Positions 1-12,365 of a stretch of 64,000 nt of DNA are shown here, piece by piece. Source of the stretch: Callorhinchus milii (lineage: Eukaryota). Made by a program: the position numbers and the translations under genes. Positions within the stretch are counted from its first letter, which is position 1, and the number at the start of each line of letters is the position of its first letter. Below the pieces are notes generated by a model. That model saw only the letters and a list, made by a program, of their open reading frames with translations. It searched no databases and was not told where the DNA came from. Where the stretch lies: positions 46,376,001 to 46,440,000 of the forward strand of contig NW_024704745.1 of assembly GCF_018977255.1 (NCBI RefSeq), written 5' to 3'.

Positions 1-489
1 ATATTCATTCTAAACTTTCTTCCTATAATATACAAAATATGAATAGGCATGGGAAATGGGTAGGTGAGGGAGCTGTGCACTAAAACATTACGTTGTCATC
101 AACATTTTCATTCTCACTATAGACATTTGTCATAGATGCAAAGATGTTATAACGGCAGAATCCTCTTGTTCTAGCATTTATTCTTTTGGCACAATTCAAA
201 GGAACTCAGTGCTTCAAAGCACTTAAATCTGATGGAACAATAGGTAATAGAAATGACACTGTGCTCCTTAAAGTAATCCTGGACTCATACATTTAAAAGT
301 GAGGAAAAATAACATCAGAAACGTCATCATTTTAAAATAATGAATTAAAAGAGGAATAAGACAAAATTGCTATAGTTGTTTGTTTGATAAATCTACCTGA
401 ATTACAAAGTCATAAAATAAATGGAAATTGATTTTGGCCAACAACTGTCCTACTCCATGATTCAAACTTTATTAAAGCATGAATTAATA

Positions 490-690
490 TCATGGATTTA
501 GGGAGTTTCTCTCAGTGTCTTGGCCAACGATCCCCCAAATAAAATTGGTCATTCACCTCATGGCTGCTTGTGAGCCAATGCTGTGCACAAATTGGCTGCT
601 GAGTTAGCCTACAAATCACACAATCACTGCACTTTACAGTATATCCTCCTGTCATGTAAGGCACTACACTAAATGTAAGGATTATTATTA
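490..690 (+). mobile_element. Deu-domain SINE, 3' part
   Basis: Contains the Deu core 'gctgtgcacaaattggctgc' and ends in aaggattattatta, like other copies in the window. Confidence 0.75.
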
Positions 691-999
691 CTAAGTTCGG
701 CAATATCACAAAATTGCCCCAGTTAAGAGCAACTGTTCATTTTGTGAATTAATGGTACAATCCAATTTCAAACTCAACTTTTTAAAGTTGAAAATCAATG
801 TCTAATATTACTGTATAAACCAACTGAATTAAGTTTCTCTACTGCAGCGACAATCTGCCTTTGGGAAGGCAGATTTGAGCAATTCCAATTCTGTTTTGTA
901 CAAAATTAGATCCCAATAGAGAATGCTGCTTAAATCTCTCATAATAACTGTCAAGTACTAACCAGAATGTAAACAAAATAAATAATTTACTGTAATAGT

Positions 1000-1320
1000 C
1001 CTTGCATTGTTATGGCACCTAATCATCTCAAAATGCTTTTCAAGTAATTGTTTTCAAGTGTAGTGACTATCAATCTGTAGGCAACCAATTTGCACACAAG
1101 ATACCACAATCAGTCATGAAGAAAATGATTAATTTATCTAGAGGATTGTTGGCCAAGATACCAGGAAAATTCCTTTTTTTGAATAATGTTTTGAGAACTT
1201 TAACGTCCACCTGAAAAGGCAGACTGAACCTTGGTTTAATGTTTCATTTGAAGAATGGCACAATACAGGGCTCCCTCAGCACTTCATTGGAGTGTCAGCC
1301 TGGTCTGTGAGCTCAAAGTA
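1000..1320 (-). mobile_element. Old Deu-domain SINE (AmnSINE/SacSINE-like)
   Basis: Reverse complement matches the 'caggtggac...aaagatcccatgg...cctggccaa' Deu 5' block seen in the copy at 59555-59940. Confidence 0.65.
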
Positions 1321-1487
1321 CCGATGACATCAGGCTATCACATCAGGCTATTGGGAAGCAGGAGTGCTACAAACTAAGCAAATCTAACGCTATCTGTGAG
1401 CTTGATCATGGAATTTCTTTCCACAAAAAATAATCTTTGTAAAGCTAACATAGATTTTTGACTTTCAAGAAATTCCAAGAACTCACA

Positions 1488-1796
1488 TAATAATAATAAT
1501 AATAATAATAATAATCCTTGCATTTGATATAGTGCTTTTCACGTCGGGAGGACGTCCCAAAGCGCTTCACAGAACACACTGTAAAGTGAATTGACTGTAT
1601 ATTTGTGGGCGAACGCGGCAGCCAATTGCGCACAGCAATGTCCCACAAACAGTCGTAGATTGAAAATGACCAATTTAATTATTGTTTTTAGTTTTGGAGG
1701 GATTATTATTAGGCGTGTGGAGTAAGGAAACTTGCCCAAGGTTTCGCCCTGCCGGGAATTGAACTCAGGTCTCTCACTTGCAAAGCGAGTGCTCTA
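1488..1796 (-). mobile_element. Young tRNA-derived SINE (short subfamily), split by an L2 insertion; rest of head at 2632-2648
   Basis: (TAA)n tail at 1488-1515; body nearly identical to 22324-22636 and to the reverse complement of 55874-56188; head 'accactgagctacagga' resumes at 2632. Confidence 0.92.
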
Positions 1797-2625
1797 CAAC
1801 AACAACAACAACAAGATTCCATTTATAGAGCGCCTTTCACGTCAGGAGGACGTCCCAAGGCGCTGCACAGTTGGGTCATGACCCGAGCAGGGGGGAAATG
1901 GTCAGGGTGAGGGGAGGGAAGGGAGGGAGAGAGGAGGGGGAAATGGTCAGGGTGAGGGAGGGAAGGGAGGGAGCGAGGAGGAGGAAGAGAGTCGAGAGGG
2001 GAGCTGAAGGCTCGGTCAAAGAGAAAGGTTTTGAGACCGGCCTTGAAGGAGGAAAGGGAGGAAGCAAGGCGAAGGCACTGGGGGATGGAGTTCCAGAGCC
2101 TCGGGGCTGAGAGGCTGAAGGCCCGACCACCGATAGTAGGGCGGTTGGGGCGGGGGACGTGGAGCAGACCGGAGCCAGAGGAACGGAGGGTACGGGCAGG
2201 TAGGTAGGGGGATAGTAGGTTGGAGAGGTAGGAGGGAGCAAGGCCGTGAATGGCCTTGTAGGTGAGGATGAGGATCTTGAAATCAATCCTCTGGGGGATG
2301 GGGAGCCAGTGGAGGCGAGCGAGGGTAGGAGTGATGTGGTCCCGAAGCCTGGTGCGGGACAGTACACGAGCTGCAGAGTTCTGAATGACCTGCAGCTTGT
2401 GGAGGGAGGTGGCGGGAAGGCCGGCGAGGAGAGAGTTCCCATAGTCCAGCCTTGAGGTGACAAAGGCGTGAACCAGGGTTTCAGCAGCGTGAGGGTGAGG
2501 TAGTGCCGTAATCTGGCGATATTCCGGAGGTGATGGAAGGCGGTGCCAGTTGTGGTGCGGATGTGAGGGAGAAAGGACAGCTCAGGGTCAAACAAAACGC
2601 CGAGGTTCCTGACTGGCTTTGAGAG
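1797..2625 (-). mobile_element. Young 5'-truncated L2 LINE (RT C-terminus + 3' UTR)
   Basis: Translation FDPELSFLPHIRTTTGTAFHHLRNIARLRHYLT; (CAA)n tail; TSD gctcta at 1791-1796 and 2626-2631. Confidence 0.95.
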
Positions 2626-2978
2626 GCTCTAACCACTGAGCTACAGGACATCTATTTAGAGATACCATATAAAGTGTAATTTGTACCTGACTTCAAAAGA
2701 ACACATTTATGAATCAGTTAGGGGATAACCAAAAATTTATTCCACATTTAAAATTATATTTAGAGTTCAGTTACTTCATATTTTGGCTTAATAGGCATGA
2801 AATAATGAAATAAAGTCCTGATCCGTTCTACTGAACTATTCAGGTTGTATAATCCCCAAACAATCTATACAAATATGCTTCCTTTGATTCGCTCACATTT
2901 TTTGCATTTGGTTTTGGTTTGATTGATTCCACTGGCATTTTCAATGTTGTGTTCTATGAAACAAAATAGCAGACTTAC

Positions 2979-3045
2979 CAGTCACAAACAGGAAGCAAAT
3001 AGCAACTGTTTTCACCATGTTCATGAAAAGTCGCTTCCTAATCAT
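2979..3045 (-). CDS. Signal-peptide (leader) exon of a putative second IgSF receptor gene, 'gene B'; remainder expected left of the window
   Basis: First ATG after an in-frame stop; MIRKRLFMNMVKTVAICFLFVT + 1 nt, then a G|GTAAGT donor in phase 1 (67 nt). Start context tggatgat is shared with the gene A leader. Confidence 0.65.
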
Positions 3046-3127
3046 CCAGATATCAAATCAGCTCGAAGTAACACAGGCTTGATTTGTCTCTTAAACAAAA
3101 ACAATAGCACTTGTGGAAAGTCTCGTA

Positions 3128-3138
3128 AAAACGAAACT
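3128..3138 (+). promoter_or_regulatory. IRF/ISRE-like element about 85 nt upstream of the gene B ATG
   Basis: AAAACGAAACT resembles the ISRE consensus GAAANNGAAACT but is not a perfect match. Confidence 0.3.
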
Positions 3139-3684
3139 GCTAGTAGGAGCCACTTATTTACATATGTGAAAAAAACAGGTCTTCATCTTGGGGTGGAGTC
3201 TGGGGAGGTTAAAAGGCAAATACGATTACCATTTCTTGAAAAGAACGAAGTTGAGGATAAATGGCATTGTCCACCATTCATGATTTGATAATCTTGATAT
3301 TTCTTATTGATCTGAAGCTGTGACCTCCTAGAGTTCACTTCTCTGATGTACATGCTAAACAAAGTTATTGCTCATTAACACTAATGTGACATTTTTACAG
3401 AGGCAGTGGTAGGTGGAAATTCGACAGCTACAATTGGCCTTAGGACCCATCCATACAGAATTGGGAAAGTGTTTCATCAGGCCATAGAAAGCTTTTTTTT
3501 TGACAGACACTGGTCTCAAAATAATTTTAGAAGTAAAAATTAAAGTAGAAAGCTGATCAAGCTGTTTTGAGTGAACAAATTGCCTCTCACTAAATTAAAA
3601 AACAGATGTTATTATCTCCATTCTGAAAGTCTGGAGGGAAAAAGCATTCTTGCAAAGTCAGGGGTGTTCCATTCCAATCTCTTC

Positions 3685-4300
3685 ATTGAGGACAGGTTTT
3701 AAAACTAAAACTCTCTGAACCCATACACAACCTAGGCGTCAGGTTCAACCCACAATTATCCTTCCTCCCCCATATCCAGTCCCTCACCAGCATCGCCTTC
3801 TTCCACCTCCAACGCATCACCCGTCTCCGCCAATACCTCTTTCCAAAAGGCGCTGAAACCCTAGTCCATGCCTTTGTCACCTCTCGGCTGGACTATTCCA
3901 ATGCGCTCCTCGCCAGTCTCCCATCCACTACCATCCATAAAACCCAGATCATTCAAAACTCTGCCGACCGCATTCTCACCCGCACCAAACTCCGCTCTCC
4001 GATCACCCCAGTCTTTGCCAGACTGCACTGGCTGCCTATCCCAGAGAGGATCGACTTCAAGATCCTCACCCTTGTATTCAAATCCCTCCACTCTTCTGCA
4101 ACCCCCTACCTCTCTGACCTCTTCTCTTCTCAAAACAGTACCCATTGCCTTTGTTCCTCCGGGTCTGGCGTCCTCCTCGTCCCCCAAGTACTCCGCTCCA
4201 CCCTCGGTGGCCGTGCCTTCAGCCACTACGCCCCGAGGCTCTGGAACTCTCTTCCTCCCTCCCTTCACCTCGTTCCCTCGCTTCCTATTTTCAGGTCCCT
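3685..4300 (+). mobile_element. L2 LINE fragment (RT C-terminus)
   Basis: Frameshifted 'AFVTSRLDYSNALL...LHWLPIPERIDFKIL' motifs. Confidence 0.9.
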
Positions 4301-4301
4301 G

Positions 4302-4367
4302 CTGAAATTGATCCCAGGTCTCTCGCTTACGAGGCGAGTGCTCTAACCACTGAGCTACAGGACTCCA
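4302..4367 (-). mobile_element. tRNA-derived SINE head
   Basis: Reverse complement ggagtcctgtagctcagtggttagagcactcg carries an A box and a B-box-like segment. Confidence 0.8.
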
Positions 4368-4761
4368 TGATACAATTCTAAGAATGTAAAATTTTGATTG
4401 ATCAGAATATAATGGATGTCACATTATCCTTCCTTAGTCTTCCGGAGATGTATAAAATTGCATTCAATTGCCTTTCATGTCAGGAGGACATATGACATGA
4501 CTTCCCTCCTTCCCTAATAATGTGGTCACTCAATCCATGACTTTTTGTGGGATGCTGCTGTGCGTGATTGGCTGTGGGTTTCACCCACAAAATACACAGT
4601 CACTCCACTTTACAGTATATTCTATGAAGTGCTTTGAGACGTCTCGAAGACTTGAAAAGGGGCTATATCAATGTAAGGATGATTATTATAATTAGTATCT
4701 GAAAATGCTTCACAGGATATACTGTAAAGTGGGTGACTATATTGTATGTGAGAAAAAAATG

Positions 4762-5025
4762 CTACCTCCGCTCAGCTGGCTCCGGCCTCCTGTTTATCCC
4801 TCGTCCCCTCCGCTTCACCATTGGTGGCCGTGTCTTCAGCCACTACACCCCAAAATCCTGGAACTCTCTCTCTCAATCCCTCTGCCTTGCCCACTTCTTC
4901 CCCACTTTCAAATGCCACCCTTCCCACTCCCTCTCCCCCTGGCTCGGTGTCAACCGCTACTGTCAATGCTCCAGGACGCTACCCCATGTGAAGGGCGCTA
5001 TATAAATACAAGTTGTTGCTGTTGT
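4762..5025 (+). mobile_element. L2 3' end
   Basis: 'GGRVFSHYTPKSWNSL' and tail gggcgctatataaatacaagttgttg. Confidence 0.8.
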
Positions 5026-6404
5026 AAATAATTCACAGTTGTTTAGTTATTATACAGTTTACATGTAGAATGGAGGTCTGGATGCAAAAAAATATATAAA
5101 ACTAATAGATTTTATTGGACACAATGATTTGTCACTTATGATTATGACCTAGATCTTCTCATTGTTTAATGTTCAGTCACACTGGGCCAATTTCAGTGTC
5201 CTTATTTCTCGTCTCAGATTGATTCACTATGTTAGAATTTTGATGTGTTTTCTCCTTGGAAGGATTGATAAAGTAGTTCTTAAAAGAGCTTACAGTCTGT
5301 TCCAACCATTTGTGAAGAAAGAGATTCTAAAGTACAGTCCTTTAATTTTTCTTACTGGAAATAATATTGCTGGAACTGATGATTATTTTCAGAAGAGTGA
5401 TTTTCTAATCTGCAACCTGATTATTTTTACCACACTGCTGAATTTAATATCTTTCATGGTCATCGAATTACTGCCAATTGACAACTGCAAAATGAATCTG
5501 AGCTCTTATAAATAATTAATCTGTCAAAGCATCTAATTTTTACAGTTTGTTATTTGATTTTTTAAATGTGAAGTGGAAACATACAGCACAGATAAGGTAA
5601 GATAAACGTTTAGAAAATGTATCATTATATTGACATATTTTCCTTTTACTGCTTGGTGATTTCCTGTAGCCCAATAGTCTTTGTGTTATCAGTAGAGATC
5701 AAACTTGCATAGCTCAAGATACAGAGCACAGTTTCCTGCCTTGCTTAGTGAACCACATTTGTCTGTAAGCTTCACTCCAGTGACCACTTCTATTTGGGCC
5801 ATTTAGATTGACCTTTACAGATAAACACATTTAAAGGAGCACTATCTTCATGGGAGACATAAAAGTGTTCAGCAGAACATTTTTTTCTTTGAACTGATGA
5901 ACACTGCGTTATTTCAGTAACGGTAATACCACAGACAAATGGCACATATGCATTGGAACACAAATCATGAGTGTTTGTACATAGATGATTTTAAAAATTG
6001 CACTAAATACTTGTTCATGAAGTTTGTGGGCGTTTAAAATAATTGAATTCTCAAAAGCTCATACAAATGATTCAGCTTTGCTACTGTATAATATTTTTTC
6101 TTGGCAGCAACACGATTGACTAATTTGGTGTTATTGCCATTCTGAATTAATGTATTTAAAAATGTCAAGGTTAAAAGATGTATTGATCAAGAGTGATTTC
6201 TGAATGTGATCAAACCCATTCCCTGCAGAATAATGTGATGGATTGCGTAAAAAGGGAGGATACATGATGAAAATTAGACATGTGTGTAGCAAAAATGGGT
6301 CTTTTTTTCAAGTTCTTGATTAATTTTTATTGATTAATTTTAGTCTATTGAATCACCAAAACATTTTAATTTCTGTGCCTATTCCCGAAGTGATTCATGA
6401 AGGG

Positions 6405-7035
6405 AAATGCAGAAGAGTGGAGGAAGAAATAAACAGGCTAGTAGAATCAGCAGACAGACGGCAAATTAAGTTTAATATGGGAAAGTGAGGAGGTGCTGTT
6501 GAATTTATACAAAACCTTGGTTAGACCACATTTGTGTCCAATTCTGGTCTCCACACAATAAGAAGGATTTAGCAGCAATGGAAAGAACACAACATAAATT
6601 TACGAAGATGATACCAGGGCTGGCAGATCATTGCTAGCAGGATATGGGATAAGTTAAGCCTTTTTTGCAAGAGAAGAACCATTTGAAGGGGGACTTAATA
6701 AAAGTGTTTAAAATTACAAAAGGGTTCAGTGAGGTTAACGTAGATAGGCTGTTTCCACTGGTTGAGGAGTCTGTAACCAAGGGATACAAATATAAAAAGA
6801 ATTTAGGGGGAACTAGAGAGTAGTAAGATTGTGGTACTCGCTGGCTGAAGTAATAGTTGAATTAGATAGTGTAGATGCGTTCAAGAGGAAGCTCAACCTT
6901 CACATGAGGGAGAGGGGAATTAAAGGTTATTGGAGAGAGTAAAGGAATGGGTGGAGTTTCATGTGGAATGTAAACACAGGCATGCTCTGGTTGAGCCAAA
7001 TTTCCTGTTTTGTGCTGTACATACTTTGTAAACCT
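6405..7035 (+). mobile_element. CR1 LINE 3' fragment
   Basis: Degenerate '[10 protein letters not shown]' and 'GDLIKVFKI' motifs; CR1-type 3' UTR. Confidence 0.75.
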
Positions 7036-9369
7036 TATTTGCAAGTCTCAGCAGTCAGGTTCACAAGGTCACAAGCTTTATTTGGATGAAAAAGGCCCTT
7101 CCATTCTCATCTTCCAGAACGTCCACCTTAAACAGCATCAAGCTGCTTTTTTAAATGAGTTTGGTGTCCTGGTATCAACCACCATTCCTGGCAACCTGCT
7201 CTCGTCATTGATTACCCTCTGGGTAAAGAAAAAACATCTTCTTGGAATTTGCTGTTAATTGCATTGATCATTTTACGCTTATGTTTTTCTGCAGTAAATC
7301 CTGTGATAATAATTTGTGTAAAACACATTGTAACTAGATGCAGCAAGCTAATAGAGTTGTTTTAAATACCATTTTTATACTGAATACCACAAATCAAAAT
7401 TATTGCGCAGTTCAAGTTTTGGATGTCAGTTTATTTTCTCACACCAGAATTACTCCTCCCAACTTTAGACTTGTCCTGCTGGGCTCCCTTTTGTTTTCCC
7501 TAGCAACGCTTTCAACTGTTTTTTAATAATAATAATCCTTGCATTTGATATAGCGCATTATCACATCGTCAAGATATCTCAAAGCACTTCACAAGATATA
7601 CTGTGAAATGGATTGACTGTGTATTTTGTGGGCAAGACCTAAGGACTAAGAAAACTAAAGTTTCAATACTCCCGAAGCTGAATTTGCAATACAAACATTA
7701 TCCATATTTGTCCAAATCACATATTTAGTTAAAATTTATCCAAATCCAATTTTAACCAAATCACACATTGCAATTTTATAGATATTTATTTAGATAAGAC
7801 TTATACAACTGCACATGGTTTGAGTTGAGGAGAATTACAGGTTCCATGATACAAGGAACTGGGCCAATACTTCCTGATGTTTTTCCATCTCCACAATCAA
7901 TTGCACATTGTTCCCTCAGATTGGGAAACAATAATAATAATCCTTGCATTTGATTTAGCGCCTTATCACATCTTCTAGAAGTCTCAAAACGCTTAACAGA
8001 ATATAATGTAAAGTGAATTGACTGTATGTTTTGTGGGAGAAACGTGGCAGTCAATTGGAACAGCAGAAATGATCCACATCTGTTTTGGTCTGCATGGGTG
8101 TGTGTGGGGTGGGTGGTTGGGTGTCAGGTGGAGGCAGGGAGTTGTATCAAAGGGGATGTATTTTCATCAATGTATGTACCATCAAAGGGGATGTATTTTC
8201 ACAGCTGGAAGCGAGAAATTGGGCCAGTTTCTGATTGAGAATTCGCTTGTCCTGTCTACCTCTCTTATGGGTAACGAATTTGACAGCATCTGGCTGAATG
8301 CATTCAATTTTGTTGTTGTTTTGAGTTCACTATTATTTACATTAAAGCTAATTAAAACTGTGCCAGAAGAGCATTTCTGTTGTACTGTTTTGCTGGATCA
8401 CCGCACAGAAGAGCTGTGGTGCTGCTGCAAATTTCACAATCTGGAAGACATCTGCTAGTGTATATCTGTTTCCATAGCAATTGGAGAGGCACAGTGTTCC
8501 ACTGAGCATATTAACTGTTTTCACTTTATGTTTTTCATTTTAATATATTTTCATGTTTGAGTTCTTCCCTGATAATTGTACCTAAGGCCTATCCCCATTC
8601 CAATGACAATTCACCATGAAACTTGATAGAGTAACATAATACTATTTCTCAGGCAAAATGTTCCACAGAGCATCTCAAAGCTCACGTCCAAAAAATCTAT
8701 TCTAAAAGGCAGCCCAGCAGGGTAGAGCAAACATGTGTTGTCCCATTGACTGAGAGATTAAATCGAATAATTGACTTTTGCTGGCATTTCTTGATCTAAC
8801 TGCTGAATTGCTGATCGTAGCTACAGTGTAAATACAAAAGGCCACTTTCTATCAATCTGGCTAAAGAAAAATCTGTTCTGTGGCAACAGCCATGATTTAA
8901 CATTTGGATAAAATTAGTCTTTGGATTTGAATTCAGCAGCAGAGCTTTAGAAATTTAGCTCCACCAAAATCATATCCAAAAAATACTAAATAATATAATA
9001 ATAATCATTATAATATGTGATAAGGCACTATATCAAATGCAATGATTATTATTACTAGTAGTATAACATGATAATTTTCCGGTGACTGTAAGTACATCAC
9101 TCAGGTACAATCCACTTCTGGAACTCTTCACTCTTTCTATCCTGACAATGTATCCAGCATATTATGTGATTTTAACTATAGAGAGCAAAAGAGACTTCAA
9201 AGGTGAAACTACGCCCATGCTGCAGCAATAAATAAAACTCTGACAATTTATTATATTTATTATAATGAATAATCTGTACAGTTTGTCCAGAATAAAATTG
9301 CTATAGTCTTTTACTTTTCATTATTCGGAAAAACTCTTATTGAAAGAAAGTTTATCTCCTTGTCAATCG

Positions 9370-12365
9370 TGCACGAGGGACATGCAGAAGGCCAGAACCA
9401 GTCGAGCAGAGGCAGCGAATTTTGGGTTGGGGGGTAAGCAGGTCGAAGAAGGAGGTGCCAGGGGATGAAGGGATTTGAAAACAAGTGTGAGGATCTTGAA
9501 ATCGATCTGTTTAGCGATAGGGAGCCAGTGGAGCCTGGCTAGAACTGGTATGAGTAAGGAGTTCAGTGCAGGTGAGTATACAGGCAGCAGAGTTTTGGAT
9601 GAGCTGGATCCTGTACATGGTAGAAACCCACAAAGAGGGCAGTTGAGAAATCAAGTTGCGAGGTGATGAACTCATGGACGAGTCTTTCGGCTGAGTCCAG
9701 GGTAAGGTACGGTCAGAGGTGAGTAACATGGCGGTGGTGGAGGAAGGCGACCCAGGTCAGGGGAAGCAAGTACGGACGTGGGGAAGCAAGGACGGACAGC
9801 TGTGGGTCGAACCTGATACCTGGTTTGCGCACTGGTTCGGTGAGTCTGAGGGATATTCCGGGGAGGTAGAGCCACAGGACAGAAGATGTTGATGGGAGCC
9901 AAGGAGTATGGCTTCAGTCTTGTCAACAATTAGTTGTAAGAATGTTTCACTCATCCAGGCCCTGATGTCCGCCAGACAAGCTGACAGAACATCAGGGGGC
10001 CTGGAGTTGCAGCTGGAGGAGGAGTAGATCTGTGTGTCATCCATGTACATGTGGAAGTTTACCACGCATCTACGGATGACATCGGCAAGGATGGAGCCCT
10101 AGGCTACACCACAGATGACCGGGTGTGGGGTGGGGGGAAGGAAACTGTTTGAAGAGACAAAGTAAAGGTGATTTGTTAGGTAGGAACATCGCCAGACTAC
10201 GGCATTACCTCACCCCTCACGCTGCTGAAACTCTGGTTCACGCCTTTGTCACCTCAAGGCTGGACTATGGGAACTCTCTCCTCGCCGGCCTTCCCGCCAC
10301 CTCCCTCCACAAGCTGCAGGTCATTCAGAACTCTGCAGCTCGTGTACTGTCCCGCACCAGACTTCGCGACCACATCACTCCCACCCTCGCTCACCTCCAC
10401 TGGCTTCCCATCCCCCAGAGGATTGATTTCAAGATCCTCATCCTCACCTACAAGGCCATTCACGGCCTCGCTCCCTCCTACCTCTCCGACCTACTATCTC
10501 CCTACCTACCTGCCCGTACCCTCCGTTCCTCCGGCTCCGGTCTGCTCCACGTCCCCCGCCCCAACCGCCCTACCATCGGTGGTCGGGCCTTCAGCCTCTC
10601 AGCCCCCAGGCTCTGGAACTCCATCCCCCAGTGCCTTCGCCGCCTCCTCCCTTTCCTCCTTCAAGGCCGGTCTCAAAACCTTTCTCTTTGACCGAGCCTT
10701 CAGCTCCCCTCTCGACTCTCTTCCCCCTCCTCGCTCCCTCCCTTCCCTCCCCTCACCCTGACCATTTCCCCCCTCCTCGCTCCCTCCCTTCCCTCCCCTC
10801 ACCCTGACCATTTCCCCCCTGCTCGGGTCATGACCCAACTGTGCAGCGCCTTGGGACGTCCTCCTGACGTGAAAGGCGCTTTATAAATGGAATCTTGTTG
10901 TTGTTGTTGTAGGATTCAAACTAGTATAGTGCGCTCCCACTGAGGTGGATGAGGGAAGAGAAGCAGTGAAGGAGGATGGCGTGGTCGACTTTGTCAAACG
11001 CGGCAGGAAGGACGAGGAGGCAGAAGGATCCCTGTTCACAGAGAGAGGACATTATTTGTGATCTTGACAAGTCTCTGTGCTGTGGGTGTGGCAGAAACCA
11101 GACTGGAGGTGGTCGAGGAGGGAGTGGAGGGAGAGGTGTATGCAAAACTGGTTAGCAATAACACATTCCAGAGGTTTGGCAAGGAAGGGCAGATTGGAAA
11201 TGAGATGATAATTTGTGAGGTTGTAGGGGTCAAAGGTGGGGTTTTGGGGAGTGGTGTGATGACAGCAGATTTAAGGGGGAGAGGAACAGAACCTGAAGAG
11301 AGCGACTGGTTGAATGTCAGCCAGCAACGGGGGGAAGAAGGGAAGTTGGGTGACCAGCAACTGAGTGGGGAGGAGGTCTATGTAACATGTGGTGGGCTTC
11401 ATCTGGGAGATGGAGGTTGAGAGGGAGGGGGGAGCAATCAAGGCAAAGGAGTGCAGGGATTGGTAGGGGCCATGGTGAAAGGAGGGTGGGTGGGGGGAGG
11501 GGGTAGACAGTCTGGGGGCTCAGAATGGAACGTAGGGGAGGAGGATGCAGCCAAGCAGATATTTTAAATCTTTGACGCAAAGAAGTCTAGGACCTCTTCA
11601 CAATTGCCGTTTGAAGTGAGGATGGAGGCAGCTTAGGGGGTGTGTGGAGGTGGTGCTGGGTGGTGGAAAACAGTGCGTTTGGGTTAGTTGTGGAGCAAAA
11701 GGCCTGCGAGAGGGAGAGGCAATAGTTGCAGAGCTCCTTGAACCACAACTGCTGATGGATTGTGAGGCTGGATTTCTGCCATCTGGGCTTAAGTGTCCAG
11801 GTGTTCATTTTGAGGGAGTGGAGGTGACTGTTATACTAGGGGGAGTGGGTAGATTTGGATACATACCTGGATTTCAGGGGGGCAAGGGAGTTGAGGGTTG
11901 TAGGGAGGTGATTGTTTAGCAGCTTGATGGCTGCATCAGGATCCCTGCAGGTGAAAGTCAGAGGGAGAAGAGATCTAAGGAAAGAGGATATTTGTGAGGG
12001 ACTTAGGTGGAAGCTTTTTCCAAGGTTAGAAAAAGAAGATGGAGGGCTTGGAAGAGAGGAGGTGGATGTGAGAGGAAAGGAAGATGAGGAAATAGTTTGT
12101 GATGGATAGATCGGAGATGTCAAGGCCATGAGTGATAACGAGGTCGAGGGGTGGCTACAGCTGTGGATCGGGGAGTTTATATTGAGGATGAGGTTTAGTG
12201 TGGAGGGCAGTGTAGTCAGAGGAATTGGTACAAGAGGAGTTCAGGTGGGGGCTGAAATCGCCCATTATTTTCACAGGTTCAGGGCAGAGGCAGAGGGATG
12301 AGAGGAGGGAGGGGATGTTATGGATGAAGCAACCATACCAACTAAAACAGTTTGAGGTTTGAAAA
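9370..12365 (-). mobile_element. Older L2 LINE (EN/RT remnants), interrupted at 10186-10908 by a younger L2
   Basis: 'FHMYMDDTQIY' (9757-10065), 'LLVLPAAFDKVDHAILL' (10921-11145) and 'IMGDFSPHLN' (12155-12454). Sequence is continuous across the insertion when compared with the L2 at 23340. Confidence 0.9.
10186..10908 (+). mobile_element. Young 5'-truncated L2 LINE with open RT C-terminus
   Basis: Open frame NIARLRHYLTPHAAETLVHAFVTSRLDYGNSLL...GGRAFSLSAPRLWNSIP; (TTG)n tail; TSD gtagga at 10180-10185 and 10909-10914. Confidence 0.95.

Noticed and set aside
2923-3288. 121-aa plus-strand ORF
   Set aside because: No recognisable domain; it is antisense to the better-supported leader exon at 2979-3045.
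8205-8270. 66-nt plus-strand phase 1-1 exon candidate (AGSEKLGQFLIENSLVLSTSLM), plus a lone donor at 5597
   Set aside because: Splice sites are plausible but there is no homology or partner exon; chance or lncRNA cannot be distinguished.
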